In this document: piece by piece, positions 16,374 to 24,000 of the stretch
Layout of the letters: each line of letters opens with the position of its first letter
Position numbering within the stretch: the stretch's first letter is position 1
Assembly (NCBI GenBank): GCA_963662495.2
Contig: CAXVYQ010000008.1
Span: 452,903-476,902 of the forward strand
Reading direction: 5' to 3'
Source: Terriglobia bacterium
GTDB taxonomy: Bacteria > Acidobacteriota > Terriglobia > 2-12-FULL-54-10
DNA: 24,000 nt
The notes under the pieces: generated by a model
What the model was told of the DNA's origin: nothing
The model's database searches: none
Seen by the model: the letters and a program-made list of their open reading frames with translations, nothing else
Made by a program: the position numbers and the translations under genes

Positions 16374-17891
16374 CTAGTCCGTCCGCTCCAGTTCCTGCTG
16401 GAGCAGATCATTCACCTTCTTCGGATTCGCCTGTCCCCGGGTCTCCTTCATGACCTGTCCCACGAAGAAACCGATCAGCGTGGTTTTTCCGGCCCGGTAC
16501 TGTTCCAGTTGTTTCGGACTCGCCGCGACCACCTTCCGGACAATCTCCAGAATCTGGCCATCGTCGGTGATCTGCTTCAGGCCCTGCTCCTCCACGATCT
16601 GCCGCGCGCTCTTCGAGGTGGTGAACATCTGCTCGAAGACGCCCTTGGCCATCTTCCCGGAGACCGTTCCCTCATGAATCAGCGCAATCAGCTCCGCCAG
16701 CTCCTCGGCCGGAATGGGCGAGTCGCCGATGGTCTTTCCGGCGCCGTGCAAAGCTCCGAGAAGTTCCACCATGACCCAGTTGGCGGCCAGTTTCGTGTCC
16801 GGAGAGTTTTTCGCCACCCGCTCGTAGAAGTCCGCGAGGTCCTGCGAATCGGTCAGCACGGCGGCATCGTAGTCGCGCAAACCGTACGCCTGGATCAACC
16901 GGAACCGCTTCTCATCGGGGAGTTCCGGCACGCCACGGCGGATCTCGTCCCGCCACTCGTCGCTCACGATGAGCGGCTGCAGATCGGGTTCTGGAAAATA
17001 GCGGTAGTCGTGCGCTTCTTCCTTGCTGCGCATGCTTTCGGTCCGGCTGTGCTGTGAATTCCAGAGCCGCGTCTCCTGCACCACCTTGCCGCCCTCATCC
17101 ACAAGCCGCATCTGCCTTTCGATCTCATACTCCAGGGCGCGCTCCACAAAGCGGAACGAGTTCAGGTTCTTCACCTCCGCCTTGGTTCCCAGCTCCTGCT
17201 GGCCCCGCGGCCGGACACTCACGTTGGCGTCGCAGCGCAGGCTGCCCTCTTCCATGTTGCAATCGGAGACGTCCAGGTAGAGCAGCGTCTGCTTCAGCCG
17301 CGTCAGGTATTCGTGAGCTTGCGGAGGACTGGTAATATCAGGCTCGCTGACGATCTCCACCAACGGCACGCCGCTGCGGTTCAGGTCCACGTAGGTTTTC
17401 CTGTGGGAGTCGGCGAACCCGTCGTGGATGCTCTTGCCCGCATCCTCTTCCATGTGCAGCCGCGTGATGCCGATCTTTGTCTCCTCGCCACTGCCAAGCA
17501 CCAGCAGCCATCCATGCTCGGCCAGCGGCAGATCGAACTGCGAGATCTGGTATCCCTTTGGCAGATCGGGATAGAAATAGTTCTTCCGCGCGAAGATCGA
17601 GCGCTGATTGACGCGGCAATTCAGCGCCAGCGCCGCTTTCACGGCCATGGCGACCGCCTCGCCGTTCAGCACCGGAAGCGCGCCCGGCATGCCGAGGCAA
17701 ACCGCGCAGGTATTCTGATTGGGGGGCGCGCCGAACCTGGTGGAGCAGGCGCAGAATATCTTGGATGCGGTCCGTAGCTGGACGTGCACCTCCAGCCCGA
17801 TGACGGGTTCGTACTTCTCCCGCAACGCTTCCATCTGACCCTTTTTGACTTCCGTCACTCCCATAACGACAGCTTTTCCTTCTGCTCGCAA
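16374..17891 (-). CDS. gatB: Asp-tRNA(Asn)/Glu-tRNA(Gln) amidotransferase subunit B
   Basis: YEPVIGLEVHVQL.T.SKIFC.C.. and the conserved core and C-terminal YqeY-like tail are present. The coordinates give the maximal ORF (TTG 17891). ATG 17834 (MEALREKYEPVIGLE) gives a more canonical N-terminus. Confidence 0.92.
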   Translation of the reverse strand: MRAEGKAVVMGVTEVKKGQMEALREKYEPVIGLEVHVQLRTASKIFCACSTRFGAPPNQNTCAVCLGMPGALPVLNGEAVAMAVKAALALNCRVNQRSIFARKNYFYPDLPKGYQISQFDLPLAEHGWLLVLGSGEETKIGITRLHMEEDAGKSIHDGFADSHRKTYVDLNRSGVPLVEIVSEPDITSPPQAHEYLTRLKQTLLYLDVSDCNMEEGSLRCDANVSVRPRGQQELGTKAEVKNLNSFRFVERALEYEIERQMRLVDEGGKVVQETRLWNSQHSRTESMRSKEEAHDYRYFPEPDLQPLIVSDEWRDEIRRGVPELPDEKRFRLIQAYGLRDYDAAVLTDSQDLADFYERVAKNSPDTKLAANWVMVELLGALHGAGKTIGDSPIPAEELAELIALIHEGTVSGKMAKGVFEQMFTTSKSARQIVEEQGLKQITDDGQILEIVRKVVAASPKQLEQYRAGKTTLIGFFVGQVMKETRGQANPKKVNDLLQQELERTD

Positions 17892-17927
17892 GTCTCTCTC
17901 CGGTTGCCAGACGCGCGGCGGAGCGGT

Positions 17928-18206
17928 CTAGTAGGGAGGCTTCAGAATCGTAAACTCGAACTCCGCCGGGTCGAGATTCCGGCTCCGCAGTTGTGCAATG
18001 CACTCGGCGGAACTGCTTCCGGCCGCCTCGACATTCTGGATGCGGACGTCCACGTACTCCGCGCCTTCCTCACCGGACTTCTCCTTGGTCGGCTTGTACT
18101 GGCGGCGGGCCACCCACTGGTTGGCGTACTCCAACCGCTCGGCCAGACTCAATTGATCCACATTGCGGCCCAATAGGGCTGACTTGCTCTGACTGTTTTC
18201 TGACAT
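17928..18206 (-). CDS. hypothetical small protein (92 aa)
   Basis: This is a clean ORF 36 nt upstream of the gatB maximal ORF on the same strand, with no better competing frame. I recognise no family. Confidence 0.45.
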   Translation of the reverse strand: MSENSQSKSALLGRNVDQLSLAERLEYANQWVARRQYKPTKEKSGEEGAEYVDVRIQNVEAAGSSSAECIAQLRSRNLDPAEFEFTILKPPY

Positions 18207-18578
18207 GATCGTTATGCTCGCTCTATCCCATCTTCCCGCCTGTGATTGGCTTCTGGCGACACCGGCGCGCGGTTGCTATCCGCGCCCGGCTCCGTCCCCT
18301 GATCGCCCGCGGGAAACGTTTATTATCCTAGCCTCGGCCCGTCCCTGCAAGGCCTTTGTGTCCCGGACCGGCATTCCGGCCGGATTTACGCCCGAAACTG
18401 CGTCCCAGTAAGCGAAAAGACGAGCGCCCGAGTGAGCGAAAGGATCCGCCGCTCCTGGAAAACCGCATTTGCCCAGCCTTGCCGGTTTCATCACCGACCG
18501 GCCTGTTACATTAAACAACACCTGTTTTTCACTGGCTCTCAACAATTGCCGCTCCGCTGTTTTATACTTGCCCGAGAA

Positions 18579-19199
18579 ATGGCAGACAATTTCCAGAAAA
18601 CAATCGCGGTCGATTGTGCGCTCCTGCTTCCTGTCCCAGCCGAGGAGAGGGTTCGTTCCCTCAACGCGCTCCTGTACGCGGAACAGCCGGATGGCTTCGA
18701 AATCGATGCCACTCACCTGGCTCACATCAGTCTCGCGCAGATGTTCGTCCGCCGCTCGGACCTGTTGCCGCTGATCGAGAAGTTCCATTCCATTCTCAGC
18801 GAACAGCACCCCTTGCCGATGCGTGTTTCGCGGGTCGCCACGCGCGACTCCACCGTTTCACTCCTGCTGGACCGCTCCCTCGAGCTGGCCCGGCTGCACG
18901 CCCGGCTCCTGGACTCCTGCAAGACGCTGGAGACAACGGGAGACCGGGATTCCTTCTATGGCATCGACGAGCAGGCCCCTGATCGCGACAGGGAAAGACC
19001 CCGGGAAAGAGACGTCCAGTGGGTCAGCCATTTTCGCCAGGCCTCCGCTTACACGAAGTTCGTGCCGCACATTACGCTCGGGCTGGGAACAGCCCCGGCC
19101 CCGAATATTTCTCTGGAATTTACCGTGAACCGGGCGGGCCTGTTTCATCTCGGCCGCTTCTGCACCTGCCGCGCGGTTCTGCATGAGTGGCATTGGTAA
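18579..19199 (+). CDS. 2H phosphoesterase superfamily protein (LigT / cyclic phosphodiesterase-like)
   Basis: Two H-x-(S/T)-x motifs sit in hydrophobic context: LAHISLAQ and VPHITLGL. I prefer ATG 18579 (MADNFQK) over the longer track ORF from 18432. Confidence 0.65.
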   Translation: MADNFQKTIAVDCALLLPVPAEERVRSLNALLYAEQPDGFEIDATHLAHISLAQMFVRRSDLLPLIEKFHSILSEQHPLPMRVSRVATRDSTVSLLLDRSLELARLHARLLDSCKTLETTGDRDSFYGIDEQAPDRDRERPRERDVQWVSHFRQASAYTKFVPHITLGLGTAPAPNISLEFTVNRAGLFHLGRFCTCRAVLHEWHW

Positions 19200-19265
19200 A
19201 ATCGCCATGTTCCCCGGTCTGTGTTTCTCTTCGAATGCAACACGGACCCCACAAGGAGGTGGATT

Positions 19266-19652
19266 ATGCGTGGTTTGATGAGTCTTTTCGGGCTGCTGAT
19301 CGTCCTGGCGGTTGGAAATTATATCTATCGGTCCTACTTCACCGGCCCCGGTGATGTAAGCATGGGAACGGGCAATGTCCGCGCCGCCGCCGACATCACC
19401 GGAGTTACCGGCGATCTGCTGGGGATGGCCCAGGCCGAACGAGCCTACTTTGCCCTGAATGGCAGATACGCCACGCTCGAGCAACTGGTCGCGAGCGGCG
19501 ATCTGACCAGAGATCGTTCCCGTGGCAGCGACGGCTATTCCTATGCCGTACGATTCTCGGAGCGCAGCTTCACCATCACGGCCACCTACAGCGGACCGGC
19601 GCAGATGCCGGGCCTGTCCATTGATGAGTCCATGCAGGTAACCCAATTCTGA
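19266..19652 (+). CDS. small membrane-anchored or secreted hypothetical protein (pilin-like C-terminal region, no prepilin motif)
   Basis: A strong SD, AAGGAGG (19253-19259), lies 6 nt before ATG 19266. An N-terminal hydrophobic helix LMSLFGLLIVLAVG is present. Confidence 0.65.
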   Translation: MRGLMSLFGLLIVLAVGNYIYRSYFTGPGDVSMGTGNVRAAADITGVTGDLLGMAQAERAYFALNGRYATLEQLVASGDLTRDRSRGSDGYSYAVRFSERSFTITATYSGPAQMPGLSIDESMQVTQF

Positions 19653-19780
19653 TGCCGCCCCTTGCCGGTACTATGCATAAAGATGTCACAACCCATCTGT
19701 TTTACCCTTGGCAGAGACCGCCCCGGTCTCCTATGCTCATTAGCATCGGCATTCGAAAGGCCGGATAAGGGAGTAATCCG

Positions 19781-20305
19781 TTGCTGAGGACCAGAGACTA
19801 TCGTGATGCGCCGGTTCCCGTCCGGATGACCTGCCGGTTCTCCAACGGCATCATGCTCAGCTATTACGCCCGCGTGATTACCACCAGCAAATCGTCGATT
19901 CATCTGATGTCGGCGAACCCCTTTGAACACGGTGTGCAGTTGAATCTTGTAGCCCCGTTTCTCAACGGCATCGTCAGTTGCCGGGTGTATCGCGTCCGCC
20001 GGTCCGAAATCGACCGGTCTTTGTTTGACCTGGAGTTGCGCGTCGTGAAAGAGCTGGGCATGGAGAAAGATGACGAGGCCCGTCTCTCCCCGCTTTCTTT
20101 GGAGCAGCTCACGGAGACCACCGGGCAGCTCGCGGACCAGCTGGAAAAGTCCATGGAAACACCGTTTCGCAAAATCATCCGTAATCTCCCTGAATCGGAG
20201 CGCCATCCATTTTTGATGGCATCCATCACCGCCGTCTCCGCCCTGATGCAGGAAAAGGGTTACTTGGATCTCCAGCACGCTCTGCTGGCGGTTCAGGAAG
20301 GATAA
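19781..20305 (+). CDS. PilZ-like protein, degenerate c-di-GMP motifs
   Basis: The start is TTG 19781 with AAGGGAG 7 nt upstream. It is paralogous to the next gene (shared V/I-x-TTS-x-x-S block), but the RxxxR and SxxG positions are altered (T-R-D-Y-R and S-I-H-L). Confidence 0.55.
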   Translation: MLRTRDYRDAPVPVRMTCRFSNGIMLSYYARVITTSKSSIHLMSANPFEHGVQLNLVAPFLNGIVSCRVYRVRRSEIDRSLFDLELRVVKELGMEKDDEARLSPLSLEQLTETTGQLADQLEKSMETPFRKIIRNLPESERHPFLMASITAVSALMQEKGYLDLQHALLAVQEG

Positions 20306-20311
20306 ATACAC

Positions 20312-20866
20312 ATGGCAGCCGACAAAACCAACAAGAGGCGCCGCAGCGAGCGCGTCCCCGCCAGGCACCGTATGATGCTGATCGTCCAGGGACCCAGCGG
20401 CGCCGCCATCCTGAAGGAGATCGTCACCACTTCGGAGATATCCCGGCACGGCACCAATATCCGCGGCCGCCAGCCGCTTGAGGTCGGCTGGACCGGAAAC
20501 ATCATCCAACTCAGCTCCTGCCGGCAGGCCCCGATGCGGGTCGCTTGGCATGATCCTTCCGAATCCCAGGCCGGCTATTTCGATACCGGGATTGAAATAC
20601 TGACCCAGGAGGATTTCTGGGGAAGAAGTTTCGACGATTACCGGGGTTCCGCGGAACCGTCCGATGTCGTGATTGAAAACGCCGGGGTGGGATCGGCCGA
20701 GTTTCTCGAGCTCATCCGGCGGGCCGATGGCTCGCCGAAGGGACAGAAGCTCCTGGAAACTTTGTGGTGCGCTCTTGTCGAGCAACTGGAGGAACGCCGC
20801 GTCTTGAACCGCACGGAGATGATCCACAAGCTTCGCAGCCTGGGCGTTTCGCTTTCTTCCGATTAG
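20312..20866 (+). CDS. PilZ domain protein (putative c-di-GMP receptor)
   Basis: It has N-terminal RRSER (RxxxR) and EISRHG ((D/N)xSxxG-like) motifs at PilZ-type spacing. GC3 is high in this frame. Confidence 0.65.
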   Translation: MAADKTNKRRRSERVPARHRMMLIVQGPSGAAILKEIVTTSEISRHGTNIRGRQPLEVGWTGNIIQLSSCRQAPMRVAWHDPSESQAGYFDTGIEILTQEDFWGRSFDDYRGSAEPSDVVIENAGVGSAEFLELIRRADGSPKGQKLLETLWCALVEQLEERRVLNRTEMIHKLRSLGVSLSSD

Positions 20867-20905
20867 CCCGCTCCCCCCGCTTGTCCGTTTCGTTCCGCTT
20901 CCGAT

Positions 20906-22000
20906 CTACTCCGGGCTGAAGGTGATTCCGATCCCTGTCGTCAGCAGAATATCGTTTCGTTCGCGGCCCGGCAGCGGGTTGCTCAGGAACCGGTCGCTCA
21001 CCGAGATCTGCCACAGGAGCCACTGGTTCAGCCGCGTATCTGCGCCGCTGTCGAAGGCCATCCGGTATTGGCCGAAATCGGTCAGATTCAGATAGCTGCT
21101 GAACTTCTGCCGCAGCGTCAGAACGGAATTGGCCTTGTAGGCCATCTCATCGGAGAGCACCGCTTCCCTGGAGGTCCTGTTCAGTCCGGTGGAAAAGAAC
21201 TCGCGGTTCATCGAGGAGCCGCCGGAGATTTCCAGCCGGAACCGCTCCGAATCGGCCACCTTGTAACCGAAGCCGCCGGCTGGCGCGAACCGCAGGTCCA
21301 GGTCCTGGAACTCGTCGAACTCCAGGTCCGTGGAGCCGAAGACAAACCATCGCGGCGACAGGTTCAGGCTGTACCGGATACCGCCGCGGATGGCGTTCGC
21401 CGTCACCAGGGACTCGCCAGCCGCGTCGTCGTTTCGCGCATAGACGGAGGTGAAACTCACGCTGGTCTTGTCCCGCGTCGTCGCCCGGAAAACATCCGAC
21501 CCCAGGTTCAGCGTCTGCGTGTTGGAGTTGCCCTGAGCTTGCGAATATCCGATTCTCGCCGCCCCGGCCCACAGATCGGTCAGCCGCGGATTGCGGAACC
21601 GCTCGATCCTCTCCTCATAGAGGATCTGTTCGGCCTCGGACCGCACGAATGCGATTCTGTCTTTGCGCGCCGTCACCGTTCCGGTATCCGCTCCGGTATC
21701 CGTCATGGTAACGCTGTAGTCTCCCTCCGAGCCGCTCACCCGCCCGGCCAGCACCTGCCCGTCTTTGAGGCCCACATAGAGCGTGCGGTCCGTCTCGATC
21801 GCGGTAACAGCCTCCCAGGGCAGTTGCAGTTCGCCGGCATACTCGGTTCTCACCCATAGCTTGCCGCCCTCGGTTCTGATGATCTCGCCCGTCAGCCGGT
21901 CTCCGTTTTCGAGCGACACCGTGGCGGCCAAACCCGCCTGACCTGCCAGCCCCGCCCCCATCATCAGCAATATCCATCCCATCCATCGCCTGGTCTTCAC
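20906..22000 (-). CDS. DUF481 (YdiY-like) outer-membrane beta-barrel protein
   Basis: A signal peptide (MKTRRWMGWILLMMGAGLAGQAGLAA) is followed by the N-terminal SLENGDRLTGEII... motif. The barrel region is IGYSQAQGNSNTQ...RFAPAGGFGYKV...GIGITFSPE. I prefer the GTG 22000 start (AAGGA upstream) because the track start 22102 would overlap the smc terminator. Confidence 0.75.
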   Translation of the reverse strand: MKTRRWMGWILLMMGAGLAGQAGLAATVSLENGDRLTGEIIRTEGGKLWVRTEYAGELQLPWEAVTAIETDRTLYVGLKDGQVLAGRVSGSEGDYSVTMTDTGADTGTVTARKDRIAFVRSEAEQILYEERIERFRNPRLTDLWAGAARIGYSQAQGNSNTQTLNLGSDVFRATTRDKTSVSFTSVYARNDDAAGESLVTANAIRGGIRYSLNLSPRWFVFGSTDLEFDEFQDLDLRFAPAGGFGYKVADSERFRLEISGGSSMNREFFSTGLNRTSREAVLSDEMAYKANSVLTLRQKFSSYLNLTDFGQYRMAFDSGADTRLNQWLLWQISVSDRFLSNPLPGRERNDILLTTGIGITFSPE

Positions 22001-22100
22001 AATGTCCTTTCCTTTCCCGGCTGTCTCCAATTGGGAAATTTTGCTCACATCATTTTCCGGCAACCACTTCCACCGGCGGCCCGTCCCGCTCCATCGCGCC

Positions 22101-22132
22101 AAACAAAAAACGGCACGGGGATACCGTGCCGT
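22101..22132 (-). terminator. Rho-independent terminator of smc
   Basis: A perfect 9 bp stem, ACGGCACGG/CCGTGCCGT (22110-22118/22124-22132), has a 5 nt loop. On the minus strand it is followed by TTTTTTGTTT, 38 nt after the smc stop. Confidence 0.8.
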
Positions 22133-22169
22133 CTCTGTGAAAATACTGCCTCTAAAGCTTCCGAGCCTC

Positions 22170-24000
22170 TCAGGCCACCGCCTCGGCCAGCAGCCGCGAA
22201 CCCGGTATCGTCGTCGCCTTGCCCGCCTCGAAGCGCACCGAGACGATCTTCGAGACTCCCGGCTCCTGCATCGTTACTCCGTAGAGCACGGAAGCCATGC
22301 CCATCGTCCGTTTGCTGTGGGTTATCAGGATGAACTGCGTATCCGCGCTCATCTCCTGGACGATCTCGGTGAACCGCCCGATGTTGGCATCGTCCAGCGG
22401 GGCATCCACCTCGTCCAGCACGCAGAATGGGCTCGGCTTGTAGCGGAAGATGGCCAGCAACAGCGCAATCGCCGTCATGGCCTTCTCGCCGCCCGAGAGC
22501 AGCAACACGCTCTGCAGCCGCTTGCCCGGCGGCTGCGCGACAATCTCGATCCCCGCGTTGTTGGGGTCCTCGGCCTCCATCAGCCGCAGCATCCCCTGGC
22601 CGCCGCCGAACAGCCGTGTGAACATCTGCTGGAAGTTCGCGCCCACCTCTTCCAGCGCCTCCCGAAACTGCTGGTTGCAGATCGTGTCGATCTGCTCAAT
22701 CGCCTGCGTCGTGTCCTGGATCGCCTCGAGCAGGTCCTGGCGCTGGCGGTCCAGAAACTCGTGCCGCTCGCGGCACTCCTCGAACTCCTCGAGCGCCATC
22801 ATGTTGATCGGCCCCAGGTTGTCGAGTTTCTTTTTCAGCGTCCGGTGATTCTCCTCCGCCGCCAGCAGTGCTTCGGCCTCCAGTACGGGGATCTCCTCAC
22901 CGGCCAGCGTCTCCAGCTCCACCTGCAATTCGTTCCGGCAGGTCTGCAACATGTAATCCAGGTCCGACTGCAACCTGGTCAGATGCACTTCCACTTCCGT
23001 CTTCCGCTCGCGGGCCTGCTCCACCTCCGCCCGCATCGACTGTAACCGCTGGTCCAGCTCCGCCACCCGTTGCCGGTGCTCGTCGCCGATCCGCTGCAAC
23101 TCGGCCAGCCGCGCCGCCAGTTGGCCGGATCGCTCCTCCGCTTCGGTTACCTGCAACTCCAGCTGCGGGTTCGCCTCCACCAGTCCCACGCGGTTACTTC
23201 TCCACTGCTCGCACTGGCGTTCGAGCTCCCTTCGACGGCTCGCCAGCTCTGCTATGCCCTGTACCAAACGCTCCACATTCCCCGCCGCCGACCGGCGTCT
23301 CTCCTCGAGTGCCGCCAGCCGCCCGCGCTGCTCTCCCTCCAGATCCTGCGCCACCTCCCGCGCCTTGCTCAGCTGCACCATGAGGTCCGCCAGGTCGCTG
23401 GTTTCCGTTTCCATCTCCGCCCGTGCGGCTTCGCGTTCCGTAATCGCTGTCCGGTCTTTTTCCAGTTGCTCGGCCGAACGCTCTGCTTCCGCCCGCAGGC
23501 GCTCGCGCTCCAGCGTTCCCAGCGTCACTCGCTCGGCCGCCCGCTCCGTCTCGCCGGTTGCTTCGCGGAGGTCCCGCTCGGCCAGCATCAGATTCCGTTC
23601 GCACTCCCGCTCTTCCTGCGTAACCCGCTGCATCTCGGCCTGCTGCTGCTCCAGCCTGCTCACCGTCTGCTCCAGCGCGTCCACGATCCGCGCAGTGGCC
23701 ACCTCCTGTTTTTCCACCTCCATCGTCAGGACACGGAACTCCCGTTTCAGCGCCAGCGGTCCCTGGCTGTCCTGCTTGCCGGCTGAGACCAGCGCCCCCT
23801 GAAACCAGTTCCCCTCGCGCGTCAGAAAACAGAATCCCGGATGCTGGGCGGCCAGCAAGCGGCCCTGCTCGGCATCCGGCACCAGGTAGCAGCGTTCCAA
23901 CTTCGGCAGCACGCTGACTGGCACGGAGGAGAATCCATTCGTGAAGCGGACGCAACTGGCCAGCGAGCGGACTGTCCCGGCGGGGAAGGAGCCGGTGTCA
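22170..24000 (-). CDS. smc: chromosome segregation protein SMC, C-terminal half (5' end beyond the window)
   Basis: Long coiled-coil sequence is followed by the signature LSGGEKAMTAIALL, Walker B FCVLDEVDAPLDDAN and ITHSKRTM. The frame stays open from 23924 to nt 24000. Confidence 0.92.
   Translation of the reverse strand, partial: DTGSFPAGTVRSLASCVRFTNGFSSVPVSVLPKLERCYLVPDAEQGRLLAAQHPGFCFLTREGNWFQGALVSAGKQDSQGPLALKREFRVLTMEVEKQEVATARIVDALEQTVSRLEQQQAEMQRVTQEERECERNLMLAERDLREATGETERAAERVTLGTLERERLRAEAERSAEQLEKDRTAITEREAARAEMETETSDLADLMVQLSKAREVAQDLEGEQRGRLAALEERRRSAAGNVERLVQGIAELASRRRELERQCEQWRSNRVGLVEANPQLELQVTEAEERSGQLAARLAELQRIGDEHRQRVAELDQRLQSMRAEVEQARERKTEVEVHLTRLQSDLDYMLQTCRNELQVELETLAGEEIPVLEAEALLAAEENHRTLKKKLDNLGPINMMALEEFEECRERHEFLDRQRQDLLEAIQDTTQAIEQIDTICNQQFREALEEVGANFQQMFTRLFGGGQGMLRLMEAEDPNNAGIEIVAQPPGKRLQSVLLLSGGEKAMTAIALLLAIFRYKPSPFCVLDEVDAPLDDANIGRFTEIVQEMSADTQFILITHSKRTMGMASVLYGVTMQEPGVSKIVSVRFEAGKATTIPGSRLLAEAVA

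Noticed and set aside
18276-18809. 177 aa minus-strand ORF, and the N-terminal extension (18432-18578) of the 2H phosphoesterase ORF.
   Set aside because: The minus-strand ORF overlaps the 2H phosphoesterase gene and has no motifs. The extension (MSERIRRSWKTAFAQPCRFHH...) looks non-coding, while ATG 18579 gives a sensible N-terminus.
1-24000. CRISPR arrays, rRNA or tRNA genes, intact IS elements, integrases, retron- or DGR-like repeats, and toxin-antitoxin pairs.
   Set aside because: No spaced repeat arrays, cloverleafs, terminal inverted repeats with an intact transposase, or template/variable repeat pairs were seen on reading both strands.

Overview
A 24 kb chromosomal segment from a high-GC (about 60%) Gram-negative-type bacterium; the taxon cannot be assigned from the sequence alone. 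Most of it is housekeeping or envelope genes, read from the ORF track plus motif recognition.

Gene content, left to right:
- a 5'-truncated sigma-54 enhancer-binding protein (EBP)
- a convergent PP2C phosphatase / FHA operon
- a four-gene ABC / ABC-2 permease / GldG-like / DUF4340 operon behind a roughly 680 bp non-coding spacer
- crcB and DUF190
- a transposase 3' remnant followed by a lower-GC gene for a STAND/ORC-like ATPase with a winged helix
- leuC and leuD, split by an opposite-strand CPA2 antiporter and an HtrA-like 2xPDZ protein that appears to have lost its catalytic triad
- a minus-strand operon of a small ORF, gatB and a Bcp peroxiredoxin
- a 2H phosphoesterase and a small membrane protein
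- two tandem PilZ paralogs
- a DUF481 outer-membrane protein
- the 3' half of smc

Most notable observations:
1. The Bcp gene is split in the ORF track by an in-frame TGA that falls exactly at the peroxidatic-Cys position, with a SECIS-like hairpin downstream. This is probable selenocysteine recoding.
2. A textbook sigma-54 -24/-12 promoter lies in the gap right after the EBP gene. It points into about 120 nt of structured, ORF-less sequence ending in an 11 bp stem plus a T-run, so it is a candidate sigma-54-dependent sRNA.

No CRISPR array, rRNA or tRNA, intact mobile element or recognisable multi-gene defence system was found. Many long ORFs in the track are antisense shadow ORFs typical of high-GC DNA.
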